DNA from: Macrostomum hystrix
Lineage: Eukaryota > Animalia > Platyhelminthes
NCBI GenBank assembly: GCA_950097015.1
Contig: CATNEN010000034.1
Coordinates: forward strand, 4,216,001-4,280,000
Direction of reading: 5' to 3'
Length of the DNA stretch: 64,000 nt
A program made the position numbers and the translations under genes. The notes beneath the pieces were generated by a model. The model did not search any database, had not been told where the DNA came from, and saw only the letters and a program-made list of their open reading frames with translations. Positions 33,968-47,470 of the stretch are shown here, one piece after another (position 1 is the stretch's first letter; each line of letters starts with the position of its first letter).

Positions 33968-35215
33968 ATGGCCCGCCTAGGAGAAGTGTTTCCTAACTTT
34001 GACGCCGACACAACCGAAGGTCGCATCAATTTTCACCAATGGATCGGCGATTCGTGGGCGATTCTGTTTTCTCATCCGGCCGACTTTACGCCGGTTTGCA
34101 CCACAGAACTGGCGCGTGTGGTCAATCTGAAGCCGGAGTTTGATAAGCGCGGCGTCAAACTTATTGCCATATCGTTGGACTCCGTTGAAGAGCACAAGGT
34201 TAGGATTAAATGGCTTGGAATTAAAATGTACTTTTATGTTCTTTAACTTAATACCAATAAATAAGACTATTTTCTTGCTATTTACATTTGCAGCGCATAG
34301 CTTTTCTTACCGGGGCTATAGTCTCGTTAATTCTTTCAGCCACTTGTAATTTTCAATGTTGTGTCGAAGTTAAATTTATTAAACATAAACATGTTCTCAC
34401 GATTAGAAAACTTGTCCGATTTTTATTTTATTTTAAAGTGCGCGTCGAGCTTCGAATATTTTTTAAAGACTCTTGACTTTAGTCTTAAGTTAGTCGAAGA
34501 ACCGAAATTTCGACTAATTAGAAAAGCTAGTGGGCTTGTTACCAATCGTCCAATCTCTTGTCGATTGAGAAGTGTAATTTTTTAGGTAAATTAGTTCTTT
34601 TTTCTGTCCAGTAGCACTCAGTGAAAGTTTCTATTAAACTGGCGAAAAAAATATTGTATCTGTGGTAGAAATCATCAGAGAGATGGTACCGATCGTCAGA
34701 GTCATGATGACAGTAAAAATCTAATATAATCCTAAAAGTACAAACTGGCATGCTCTATCATCGTGAATCCCGATAATGTTCCACGCCAGGCCTGGTCCAA
34801 GGACGTCCTGCACGTAGCCGGCGCTACAGACTGCAGCCGGCCGCTGCCCTACCCCATCATCGCCGACAAGAGCCGCGAGATCGCCGTCCAGCTGCAGATG
34901 CTGGACCCTGACGAGATCGGCAAGGAGGGCCTGCCGATGCCAGCTCGCACCGTGTTCCTAATTGGTCCTGACAAGAAGCTCAAGATGTCAATATTGTATC
35001 CGGCCACTACTGGACGAAACTTTGACGAGATCCTGCGCGCGATCGACAGCATCCAATTGACGGCCAAGAACGGCTTCGCTACGCCGGTGAACTGGAAGTC
35101 TGGCGACGACTGCATTGTGCCGCCGTCCATTAAGACACCACCGGCTGGGACCCAGGTCAAGGACCTGCCCTCCGGCAAGCAGTACCTGCGCTACTTGCCC
35201 GGCAGCGGAAAGTAG
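33968..35215 (+). CDS. PRDX6: 1-Cys peroxiredoxin (peroxiredoxin 6), 218 aa
   Basis: Exons 33968-34198 and 34790-35215 (phase 0). [14 protein letters not shown] active site, [18 protein letters not shown] and LPSGKQYLR. Confidence 0.97.
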
Positions 35216-35864
35216 AACTATATTTTCCATGAAACTAATGATTTTGAATTCGCGCGAGAAAATATGAGCGCATCGGGCCAGATGTTCAGTCCATGGACTT
35301 AAGTGAAAGATTTGAAATTTTCGGACTTAAGCGAAATAATCAAGAAGTTTTATGCTTTTTTTGCGCAGATTTAAAATCATCCAGTCATGGAAATATCAAA
35401 CTTTTTTTAGTCCAATAGCTAAACATTTCCGGATATTATATCCCCTACTCAGACTTTATTATCTAGCACTGAATACAATCGTGAGAAGCAGTTGTTTACC
35501 AACTTTTATTTCAATTTCTCCTTTTAAATTCAGCTTATAAAATTAACAAAAAGCTATCACATCTCTGATCTCTACAAAGCATCATAAATACATTGTACCC
35601 TAATTTTGTGACGAAGTTTTCGCTCAAATTCTACTTAGTTTTTAAGGTCCCAGTGATTTTTTCTAGAAAATAATTAAAAAATGTACTAATAAAGTGGTTG
35701 TTTTTTTAATATTTTAAAGATCTCTGTGATGAAAATTTAATTGTGTTTGTGGACTCGACTATCTTTTCGCGCAGCCGGTAGCAGTAATCACACTTGATGA
35801 AGTTTCTAAAACTTGCAAGCATTAACAATTTTACCTAACACGTCCTTTTAACAGGTCTTCTTGC

Positions 35865-38800
35865 AGGTGACCCACTCTCATCTAACAAGTCCTCCAACAA
35901 GTGACCCACTCTTGTCTAACAGGTGACCCACTCTCATCTAACAGGTCCTCCAACAAGTGACCCAATCTTGTTAAACAGGTGACCCACTCTCATCTAACAA
36001 GTCCTCCAACAAGTGACCCACTCTTGTCCAATAGGTGACCCACTCTTATCTAAATGGTCCTCCAACAGGTGACCCACTCTTGTTAAACGGGTGACCCACT
36101 CTTATCTAAATGGTCCTCCAACAGGTGACCCACTCTTGTTAAACAGGTGACCCACTCTTATCTAAATGGTCCTCCAACAGGTGACCCACTCTTGTTAAAC
36201 GGGTGACCCACTCTTATCTAAATGGTCCTCCAACAGGTGACCCACTCTTGTTAAACGGGTGACCCACTCTTATCTAAATGGTCCTCCAACAGGTGACCCA
36301 CTCTTATCTAAATGGTCCTCCAATAGGTGACCCACTCTTGTTAAACAGGTGACCCACTCTTGTTAAACAGGTGACCCACTCTTGTTAAACAGGTGACCCA
36401 CTCTTGTTAAACAGGTGACCCACTCTTGTTAAACGGGTGACCCACTCTTATCTAAATGGTCCTCCAACAGGTGACCCACTTTTATAAACAGGTGACCCAC
36501 TCTTATCTAAAATGTCCTCCAACAGGTGACCCACTTTTGTTAAACAGGTGACCCACTCTTATCTAAATGGTCCTCCAATAGGTGACCCACTCTTGTTAAA
36601 CAGGTGACCCACTCTTATCTAAATTGTCCTCCAACAGGTGACCCACTCTTGTTAAACAGGTGACCCACTCTTGTTAAACAGGTGACCCACTCTTGTTAAA
36701 CAGGTGACCCACTCTTGTTAAACAGGTGACCCACTCTTGTTAAACAGGTGACCCACTCTTGTTAAACAGGTGACCCACTCTTATCTAAATTGTCCTCCAA
36801 CAGGTGACCCACTCTTGTTAAACAGGTGACCCACTCTTGTTAAACGGGTGACCCACTCTTATCTAAATGGTCCTCCAACAGGTGACCCACTTTTATAAAC
36901 AGGTGACCCACTCTTATCTAAAATGTCCTCCAACAGGTGACCCACTTTTGTTAAACAGGTGACCCACTCTTATCTAAATGGTCCTCCAATAGGTGACCCA
37001 CTCTTGTTAAACAGGTGACCCACTCTTATCTAAATTGTCCTCCAACAGGTGACCCACTCTTGTTAAACAGGTGACCCACTCTTGTTAAACAGGTGACCCG
37101 CTCTTGTTAAACAGGTGACCCACTCTTGTAAAAACAGGTGACCCACTCTTGTTAAACAGGTGACCCACTCTTGTTAAACAGGTGACCCACTCTTGTTAAA
37201 CAGGTGACCCACTCTTATCTAAAATGTCCTCCAACAGGTGACCCACTTTTGTTAAACAGGTGACCCACTCTTATCTAAATGGTCCTCCAATAGGTGACCC
37301 ACTCTTGTTAAACAGGTGACCCACTCTTATCTAAATTGTCCTCCAACAGGTGACCCACTCTTGTTAAACAGGTGACCCACTCTTGTTAAACAGGTGACCC
37401 ACTCTTGTTAAACAGGTGACCCACTCTTGTAAAAACAGGTGACCCACTCTTGTTAAACAGGTGACCCACTCTTGTTAAACAGGTGACCCACTCTTGTTAA
37501 ACAGGTGACCCACTCTTATCTAAAATGTCCTCCAACAGGTGACCCACTTTTGTTAAACAGGTGACCCACTCTTATCTAAATGGTCCTCCAATAGGTGACC
37601 CACTCTTGTTAAACAGGTGACCCACTCTTATCTAAATTGTCCTCCAACAGGTGACCCACTCTTGTTAAACAGGTGACCCACTCTTGTTAAACAGGTGACC
37701 CACTCTTGTTAAACAGGTGACCCACTCTTGTTAAACAGGTGACCCACTCTTGTTAAACAGGTGACCCACTCTTGTTAAACAGGTGACCCACTCTTGTTAA
37801 ACAGGTGACCCACTCTTGTTAAACAGGTGACCCACTCTTGTTAAACAGGTGACCCACTCTTGTTAAACAGGTGACCCACTCTTGTTAAACAGGTGACCCA
37901 CTCTTATCTAAATTGTCCTCCAACAGGTGACCCACTTTTGTTAAACAGGTGACCCACTCTTATCTAAATTGTCCTCCAACAGGTGACCCACTCTTGTTAA
38001 ACAGGTGACCCACTCTTGTTAAACGGGTGACCCACTCTTGTTAAACGGGTGACCCACTCTTATCTAAATGGTCCTCCAACAGGTGACCCACTTTTGTTAA
38101 ACAGGTGACCCACTCTTATCTAAATTGTCCTCCAACAGGTGACCCACTCTTGTTAAACAGGTGACCCACTCTTGTTAAACGGGTGACCCACTCTTGTTAA
38201 ACGGGTGACCCACTCTTATCTAAATTGTCCTCCAACAGGTGACCCACTTTTGTTAAACAGGTGACCCACTCTTATCTAAATGGTCCTCCAATAGGTGACC
38301 CACTCTTGTTAAGCAGGTGACCCACTCTTATCTAAATTGTCCTCCAACAGGTGACCCACTCTTGTTAAACAGGTGACCCACTCTTGTTAAACGGGTGACC
38401 CACTCTTATCTAAATGGTCCTCCAACAGGTGACCCACTTTTGTTAAACAGGTGACCCACTCTTATCTAAATGGTCCTCCAATAGGTGACCCACTCTTGTT
38501 AAACAGGTGACCCACTCTTGTTAAACAGGTGACCCACTCTTGTTAAACAGGTGACCCATTCTTATCTAAATGGTCCTCCAATAGGTGACCCACTCTTGTT
38601 AAACAGGTGACCCACTCTTATCTAAATTGTCCTCCAACAGGTGAACCACTCTTGTTAAACAGGTGACCCACTCTTGTTAAACGGGTGACCCACTCTTATC
38701 TAAATGGTCCTCCAACAGGTGAGCCACTTTTGTTAAACAGGTGACCCACTCTTATCTAAATGGTCCTCCAACAGGTGACCCACTCTTGTTAAACAGGTGA

Positions 38801-39622
38801 CCCACTTTTATCTAAATTGTCCTCCAACAGGTGACCCACTCTTGTTAAACAGGTGACCCACTCTTGTTAAACAGGTGACCCACTCTTGTTAAACGGGTGA
38901 CCCACTCTTATCTAAATTGTCCTCCAACAGGTGACCCACTTTTGTTAAACAGGTGACCCACTCTTATCTAAATTGTCCTCCAACAGGTGACCCACTCTTA
39001 TCTAAATTGTCCTCCAACAGGTGACCCACTCTTGTTAAACAGGTGACCCACTCTTGTTAAACGGGTGACCCACTCTTGTTAAACGGGTGACCCACTCTTA
39101 TCTAAATTGTCCTCCAACAGGTGACCCACTTTTGTTAAACAGGTGACCCACTTTTGTTAAACAGGTGACCCACTTTTGTTAAACAGGTGACCCACTCTTA
39201 TCTAAATGGTCCTCCAATAGGTGACCCACTCTTGTTAAACGGGTGACCCACTCTTATCTAAATTGTCCTCCAACAGGTGACCCACTTTTGTTAAACAGGT
39301 GACCCACTCTTGTTAAACGGGTGACCCACTCTTGTTAAACGGGTGACCCACTCTTATCTAAATTGTCCTCCAACAGGTGACCCACTTTTGTTAAACAGGT
39401 GACCCACTCTTGTTAAACGGGTGACCCACTCTTGTTAAACGGGTGACCCACTCTTATCTAAATTGTCCTCCAACAGGTGACCCACTTTTGTTAAACAGGT
39501 GACCCACTCTTATCTAAATGGTCCTCCAACAGGTGACCCACTCTTGTTAAACAGGTGACCCACTCTTATCTAAATGGTCCTCCAACAGGTGACCCACTCT
39601 TGTTAAACGGGTGACCCACTTT
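35865..39622. repeat. About 3.7-kb tandem array of interspersed 22-bp and 34-bp units
   Basis: caggtgacccactcttgttaaa (22) and caggtgacccactcttatctaaat(g/t)gtcctccaa (34). Confidence 0.97.
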
Positions 39623-40528
39623 TGTCGGAAAAAAACAATTTTTTGTCTAACGGAGATGTGTAAAATTTACATCGCTTCAAGCAGGTGACGCTCTCTCGTT
39701 TTTTAGAACGCACCCTTGATTGACTCATCCTGTACAGTACATGTATTATTAAGGTAAGTCCAATAAAATAAGAACAAATGATTCTCAATAACCAGTCAAT
39801 CGATGATACTAATTGCTGACCACACGCGCAGTTGTTAAGGACAGCCAGAGAAGCGGACGTGTCGCACATATGATGATCAAATTCACTCAAATAGCAGAGC
39901 GATTTTCAACTTATGTATTATTATGTTTAATAAGAAATATAGGCTTTTTATGACTGTCCACAGGAATAATGCATACGCGTATCGATTCAAATGTCATACA
40001 AATGAGCGCCAGATATTATTCACTTACTGTGGATTTTAACAATGTGCAATCACTACAAGTAAATCATTCATTTGTAACAGATCAGCGAATAGTTCTTTTT
40101 GCACGAAAAACTAACATTTCTACTCTCAGTAGACTATGTAGCACTTTGATCAACTGTGTTGTCCCACAACCATTTTCCCGTGTGAGTTTCTAAAAAGATA
40201 AAGTATTAAATTCTAATTAACTAATCGAACATTGAAAGCTGCTGTTTCAAATGAAACTAGTTGATGAGCCCTTTGATGATGCTGATAAGACAAGCTATAA
40301 AAAAATGAGACCCACATACCAAAACGATATTGTTTTTTATGAATTGCACGCACACAAAAATATTAAACTTTACAACAGGGTTGACGAATTTAATTTCTTG
40401 ACAAATTCCCAGCGCTGGACCGTTTGTGAAAACTAACATAGCAATCAAGCAAGCAGAAAATAAATACGAATGCATGCACTGTCGCGCCCTAAAAACCTGG
40501 TGTTAAATTAGGTGAGCACGAAAAGAAA

Positions 40529-43500
40529 TCACTTATTTACTGCCAGCTTTTTCTGCTTCTGCTGCTGCTGAAATCCGATAGGAGGTCTTCTGAAATCAAC
40601 AACATCGTCGTTGTCCTCGTCAAATTCATTATTGTCGGCCTGCTGCTGCTGTTTCTGCGCCGCGGCTCGGTAGCTGGCGAACTGGAGTCGCGAGATGGCG
40701 GCCAGGTAGGTGCCCGGAGCCAGCAGCTGGGCGATGTCGCATCGACTGGCCTCGGCGAAGCGCTCGAATCCGTCGAAGCGCAGGTAGGCGGTGACAGTCC
40801 GCGGATCCTTGCTGCGGTCCAGGAACAGATCCTCCTGCGGATCCGCGATGGACCGATCTCCGTCGAACACAGTCAGAAGGTCCTCGGCTACGATCGGCTG
40901 CGGCAGGCCGTTGACCTCCAGGCAGCAGTCCAGGTAGTAGGGCGACGGCCTGGCCGGGAACTCCGCGTCGCCGCAGCCGCCGCCGATGTCAGGATCATCC
41001 TCATCGCCGGCGAAGTCTGGATCGTTGGCGCAGCGGAACTCGTGCTCGCAGGAGGCGCTGACGCGAACGCCGCCGCCGCTTTCGCTGGCACCTGGCGGGG
41101 CAAGTTTGTGAAAAGTTGGCCGACTGTTCAAATCTGACCCCTGAGACTTCAGCCTACAATCTCACCCCTGAGACTTCAGCCTACAATCTCACCCCTGAGT
41201 CTTTAGCCTACAATCTCACCCCTGAGTCTTTAGCCTACAATCTCACCCCTGAGACTTCAGCCTACAATCTCACCCCTGAGACTTCAGCCTACAATCTCAC
41301 CCCTGAGACTTCAGCCTACAATCTCACCCCTGAGACTTCAGCCTACAATCTCACCCCTGAGACCCCTGAGGTCTAGAACCTCAGCCCTAAGATGTAGGTC
41401 TAGAATCTGAACCCTAAGACTGTAGGTCTAGAATCTCAGCCCTAAGATTGTAGGTCTAAAATCTCAGCAATACCCCAGCCCACCACAGCGCCATGAGCAG
41501 CATACCAGACTGGCTGAGGGCCCTGAGCACATCAGCGGGCTCGGCAAGCCGGACAAATGCCTGGCCGGTGCGGCGTCCCAGAGCGTCAGTCTCGAACTTG
41601 ACATCGGTCAGAGCCAGCCGAATGCCGGGCAGGGCGGCGCAGGCGTCCGAATAGTCGGCGTCCAACGGCATGCCGGCCAGGGCTATGAAGTGCTCGTCGC
41701 GAGGTCCCTTGACGTAGTCGGGCAACGGCTCGTCCTTCGGCAGTTCCGGCATCCGCGGCGGCTGCCACGGCTGCTGTTCTGACGGAACGAAATCTCTATA
41801 AGCGGCCGCCTCAGCTGACGTTGCTGAATCAGCCGACGCTCCGCCGCCGTTTCTAGGCTGAAATTCTGGATGTCGGCCGTAGTACGAATAGTGCGGTCCA
41901 GAACGCGGCTGCGGCGGCGGACCAGGCCTCGGCGGCGCAGCCGGGCCTAGCATCGACTTTGGCTTGCCGGGATGAAGGAGCCGCTGAAATGCGGCCGCCA
42001 CCGACTGATCGTCACCGACTGGCGGCTGCGGCAACAGATGAACGCCGCCGCCGACTCTCGGCGAATCTCTCCACGGCTTGGGCCGGTAGCCGCTCTCGTA
42101 GCCATCGTAGCCGCCGCCTTCGTAGCCATTCGGCGCGCCTCCGCGGCCTCTACCGCCGCGACCCCTGAAGAAGCCTCGGCCGCCTCGATCGTAAAACTCG
42201 CCACCACCGCGACCTCCGCGACCACCTCTGCCGCCGCGACGCTGCCCCGGGTAGCCGCCTCCCCTGCCAGCAGCCTCATGGTAATAGTCTTCGCCGCCTT
42301 CACCCCATCCATGCTGATGTTTGTCGTTGTCGTTCCACGGACGTCGACGATTCCCAATGTCGTAGTCCGTCTCGGCCGCCGGTGCTGATTGACGGCGATC
42401 GTCAAACGGACGCGGCGGATAGTGGCCCCGCCGCTGTCCGAATTCCGTCCTGCCGTAGTACTCGTAGCCGTCGTCATAGTCGGCTTCGAACTCGCCCCGA
42501 CCGGCCTCTTCGCTGCCGTCGCCGCCGCCAGGCCAATCCGAGCTCTTCCTCGGCGACCCGATCGGGGGCTGTTGCTGGTTGGCCGACGACTGCTGCATCT
42601 CCCGATCTCTACTGTTGTAAAGTTCGCCTTTGAATCGCGGATCGCGCTGTTCGTTATAGAAACTGGATCTTGAGGTCCCAGACGCCTCCGACAGCTCCGA
42701 GGCGGCTGCGTTGGCGGCGGAGTCCAAATCGTCTTGCCCTACAGTTGCCGGAGCTCCTGGCTCCTGACGATAACGACCGGCGAGGCGCGGATCTCGGCTA
42801 GAAGAATACGCAGCCGGCGCGGTTGTCGATGCATGCTGCAGCGAGCTGTCCCGGCCGCCGTAGATATTCGAATAGGCATTCTGGCCAGCTGCGGGCGCGG
42901 CAGCATCGGTAGAGACCCTGTCGATGCCGCGGAGCCTATGGCTGTTATAATCGGCTTCGCTGTTTTCGGCGCGATTCGTACTTCCGTCCCTACGATGAGC
43001 ATCTCCGTAGCTGTTGTGGTCTTGGTTGTAGTCTTGGTTGTAGTCATGGACAGTACCGGACTGCTCTTGAAGATCATGATGTCGCTGCCGCCAGTACGGC
43101 TGGCGGTGCTGCGGCTGAGCTTCGCCGTAAGACTCGGCGCCGTTGTAGCTGTTGTTGCCACCGTAGCCGTCCCGCCGCCGCCCACGCCAGGCAGCCGCCG
43201 GCTGCTGCTGCTGATCGTCGTAATAACGACGATGCGCGGCATAGTCAGCTCCGGCCCTGCCGCCGTAGCCTTCCTCACCAGCGAGTCTCTGGCGCTTCTC
43301 TGGAGGCATTGCCGAGTCTTCGTAGGCTGCCACCGCGGTGTCCGGCGGAAAACTGCGCTCCGGCCTCGAGTTGAAGGCCCGCCGCGGATCGCTGTCCGGA
43401 TAATAGCGCTGCCGGGAGTAGGCTCTGGGATCAGCCTGGAGTAGGGGTGTGGGCGAGTGTGGGAGCATACTTCTCAAATAAGCACTAAGAGGTGGGATTT

Positions 43501-45174
43501 ATTTCAAGGATTCGAAAGTGTTTCTCTATATTTCTACAGACGCGAATTTCTTGTAGGATCGACAAACGGGATTTCATAATGGATTAACACATGGGATTTC
43601 ATAATGGATTAACACATGGGATTCATAATGGATTAACACATGGGATTCATATTGGATTAACACATGGGATTCATAATGGATTAACACATGGGATTCATAA
43701 TGGATTAACACATGGGATTTCATAATGGATTAACACATGGGATTTCATAATGGATTAACACATGGGATTCATATTGGATTAACACACAGGATTTCATATT
43801 GGATTAACGCTCGGGATTTCATATTGGATTAACACACGGGATTTCATATTGGATTAACACACGGGATTTCATATTGGATTAACGCTCGGGATTTCATATT
43901 GGATTAACGCTCGGGATTTCATATTGGATTAACACATGGGATTTCATATTGGATTAACACACGGGATTTCATATTGGATTAACGCTCGGGATTTCATATT
44001 GGATTAACGCTCGGGATTTCATATTGGATTAACACACGGGATTTCATATTGGATTAACACACGGGATTTCATATTGGATTAACACACGGGATTTCATATT
44101 GGATTAACACACGGGATTTCATATTGGATTAACACACGGGATTTCATATTGGATTAACACTCGGGATTTCATATTGGATTAACACACGGGATTTCATATT
44201 GGATTAACACACGGGATTTCATATTGGATTAACACACGGGATTTCATATTGGATTAACACACGGGATTTCATATTGGATTAACACACGGGATTTCATATT
44301 GGATTAACACACGGGATTTCATATTGGATTAACACACGGGATTTCATATTGGATTAACACACGGGATTTCATATTGGATTAACACACGGGATTTCATATT
44401 GGATTAACACTCGGGATTTCATATTGGATTAACACACGGGATTTCATATTGGATTAACACACGGGATTTCATATTGGATTAACACACGGGATTTCATATT
44501 GGATTAACACACGGGATTTCATATTGGATTAACACACGGGATTTCATATTGGATTAACACACGGGATTTCATATTGGATTAACACACGGGATTTCATATT
44601 GGATTAACACACGGGATTTCATATTGGATTAACACACGGGATTTCATATTGGATTAATACACGGGATTTCATATTGGATTAACACACGGGATTTCATATT
44701 GGATTAATACACGGGATTTCATATTGGATTAACACACGGGATTTAAAAATGGATTAACACATGGGATGTCTCGAAGGATTAACAGACGAGGATTTCAATA
44801 TTGAATAATCCCCTCACCCTAGTCTGTTCGCGGAGCAGCGGCGGAGTCGGCGTAGTCGGTGGTTCCGGCTCCTGAGGCCCCGGCGCCGCCAAGGCCAGGC
44901 GAGCCTGCTGGATCACGTGCTGCATCTCGGCTGGCGAGCTGACGAACAGCTTCAAAGCCTGGCCGCTGAGCTCCTGGCCGTCGAGCAGCAGCGCCAGCCT
45001 GGCGGTCTCGTCGCTGGTGAAGGTGACGAAGGCGTCGCCTCTGTCGCCGCCGACGATGTGCACGCCGCCCTCGGGTATGGCCAGGCCGTTGAAGAAGCGC
45101 CGAATGTCGGAGGAGTTGGCGCTCCAGGCCAGGTTCTGCAGGCGGATTAGCACGGTGCCGCCTGATGATGCCAT
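40529..45174 (-). CDS. RBM12: RBM12-like RNA-binding protein (quasi-RRMs plus a long RG/Y/P-rich low-complexity region; about 960 aa)
   Basis: Exon 45174-44818 (VLIRLQNLAWSANSSDIRRFFNGLAIPEGGVHIVGG..GDAFVTFTSDETARLA) matches the RBM12 N-terminal RRM. Exon 43435-41506 ends in a second RRM (GRRTGQAFVRL). Exon about 41133-40529 has an RRM-like segment; the last junction is ambiguous. Confidence 0.8.
41137..41380. repeat. 27-bp minisatellite in RBM12-like intron 2
   Basis: Unit cccctgagacttcagcctacaatctca, with degenerate continuation to about 41470. Confidence 0.95.
43563..44770. repeat. 24/25-bp minisatellite filling RBM12-like intron 1
   Basis: Unit gggatttcatattggattaacacac. Confidence 0.95.
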
Positions 45175-45376
45175 GTTCGAGTGTTCTGCGCCTAAGAGAC
45201 TGTCGTTTGAATCCTGAGTTGTACTTTTAAGTCGTCAAGCTGCAATTGTTTAATTTAATTAATTTGGTAAATTTATTGAGAAAACTAAAAAACTTGACGT
45301 CAGAATTTGAGAACATTTTGAAAAATCCTAACCAGGGATCTGGGATATATCTCGATTAAAATTTATAATAATGTTT

Positions 45377-45562
45377 AAACCTGAGGATCCGGGAATGTCT
45401 CAACTTGAGGATCTGGGAGTGTCTCAACTTGAGGATCTGGGAGTATCTCAACCTGAGGATCTGGGAATGACTCAACTTGAGGATCTGGGAGTGTCTCAAC
45501 CTGAGGATCTGGGAGTGTCTCAACCTGAGGATCTGGGGGTGTCTCAACTTGAGGATCTGGGA
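45377..45562. repeat. 27-bp minisatellite upstream of the RBM12-like gene
   Basis: Unit tgaggatctgggagtgtctcaac(c/t). Confidence 0.9.
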
Positions 45563-46659
45563 ATTTTTGTTTAGAGTTGATGATCTGAGAAGATCGCTAA
45601 TTGGGAATGTGAGATCCTAGATTTTAGTAAACAAAGAGACAAAAAGGACAAAAAAGACAATATATTTATAATAAAACTTTGGCATAAATTAAGCTCAAGT
45701 TATAAAAGTCAAATCGGTTATGTCTAATAAACAGTAGATCTTAACTATGAAAGCATGGAGTACAGGATAAGCAGGAATTAAGCAAAGCTAAAACGGTCAT
45801 TCCTTGCGTTCGATAAAAAAAGTGGTTTATATCTGCAGCAAGTTACAGGTTAGGTAACTTGGTTGGAAATAACAATTAATATATAACAGTTTTAGTATAA
45901 TCTATAATTCGTTATAAAATCATAAATAAATTACGTGTAAAACGGAAGCAAAAAATGGACAATTACAAAAGCAGATCGAACAAAAGGTGAAGAGAGTTAA
46001 CATAAAAATATTTTATTGCCAATCGTAGGAAAAGCAACTAAGAAAGCGTAAAAAGCTGTTGCTAGGTGAGCTGGTGAGCGAATGATTAACAGGTCACGTG
46101 CACTCATTTATAAAATTTTTGAAAATCGTAAATTGTAAAATTAATTCTTTTGTGAATAAAAAATACGTTGTTAACTAAAAAGAACATTTTTACACGAAAC
46201 AGGAGGTTTGTAAAAAAGCCTCCACCGTTTGCACAGCAAGGCACAGGGGAAACACATGTGACCAACCTTTTCCGAGAACTCGACAAATTCATAGCTCAAT
46301 GAAATAATGAATATTTGAATATATAAATTTAATAACTACCCTTTTGACATGCAACGATAGAAAAATACACACTTTATTAAATTCAATTTAAAGCCATTAC
46401 AAAGAAAAAGAAACGTTAAAAATTAACCTGCAAAACTTTTATCGATATGGTGTCTGGATGGTAAGCAGGTGTCTTATTTGTTTTATTGAATTTTTATATA
46501 AGTACGGCTTACGTTGATTAGTAAAACGTTGTACCCAAGGACTTTGATTACTAAATTACAGTCAAAACACGATCGGATTATAAGTAAAATTAGATAAAAA
46601 TTTTACTACAGAAATTACTTTAAAATGTATATAGATTGTAACTTTACCAATTTACCCGA

Positions 46660-47395
46660 GAGACAGCAGAAACAGACGAGGGAGACAGCAGAAACAGACG
46701 GGGGAGACAGCAGAAACAGACGATGGAGACGGCAGAAACAGACGATGGAGACGGCAGAAACAGACGATGGAGACGGCAGAAACAGACGGGGGAGACAGCA
46801 GAAACAGACGGGGGAGACTGCAAAAACTGACGATGGAGACGGCAGAAACAGACGGGGGAGACTGCAGAAACAGACGGGGGAGCCTGCAGAAACAGACGGG
46901 GGAGACTGCAGAAACAGACGGGGGAGACTGCAGAAACAGACGGGGGAGCCTGCAGAAACAGACGGGGGAGACAGCAGAAACAGACGGGGGAGACTGCAAA
47001 AACAGACAATAGAGACGGCAGAAATAGATGGGGGGAGACGGCAGAAACAGACGGGGGAGACTGCAAAAACAGACGATAGAGACGGCAGAAACAGATGGGG
47101 GGAGACGGCAGAAACAGACGACGGAGACGGCAGAAACAGACGATGGAGACGGCAGAAACAGACGATGGAGACGGCAGAAACAGACGACGGAGACGGCAGA
47201 AACAGACGATGGAGACGGCAGAAACAGACGATGGAGACGGCAGAAACAGACGATGGAGACGGCAGAAACAGACGATGGAGACAGCAGAAACAGACGATGG
47301 AGACGGCAGAAACAGACGATGGAGACAGCAGAAACAGACGGGGGAAACTGCAGATACAACGGGGGAGACTGCAGAAACAGACGGGGGAGACAGCA
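46660..47395. repeat. Purine-rich 22-bp minisatellite just 3' of the otopetrin stop
   Basis: Unit gagacggcagaaacagacgatg. Confidence 0.95.
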
Positions 47396-47470
47396 GAGAG
47401 GGAAAACACACAATAGTCAAGCTAGACACACAAATACACACGGGGAGACACACAAAAGTTGGTACAGGCC

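Noticed and set aside
35865-39622. CRISPR-like array (constant repeat plus variable part)
   Set aside because: The variable part has only two recurring forms, there are no unique spacers or cas genes, and the context is eukaryotic.
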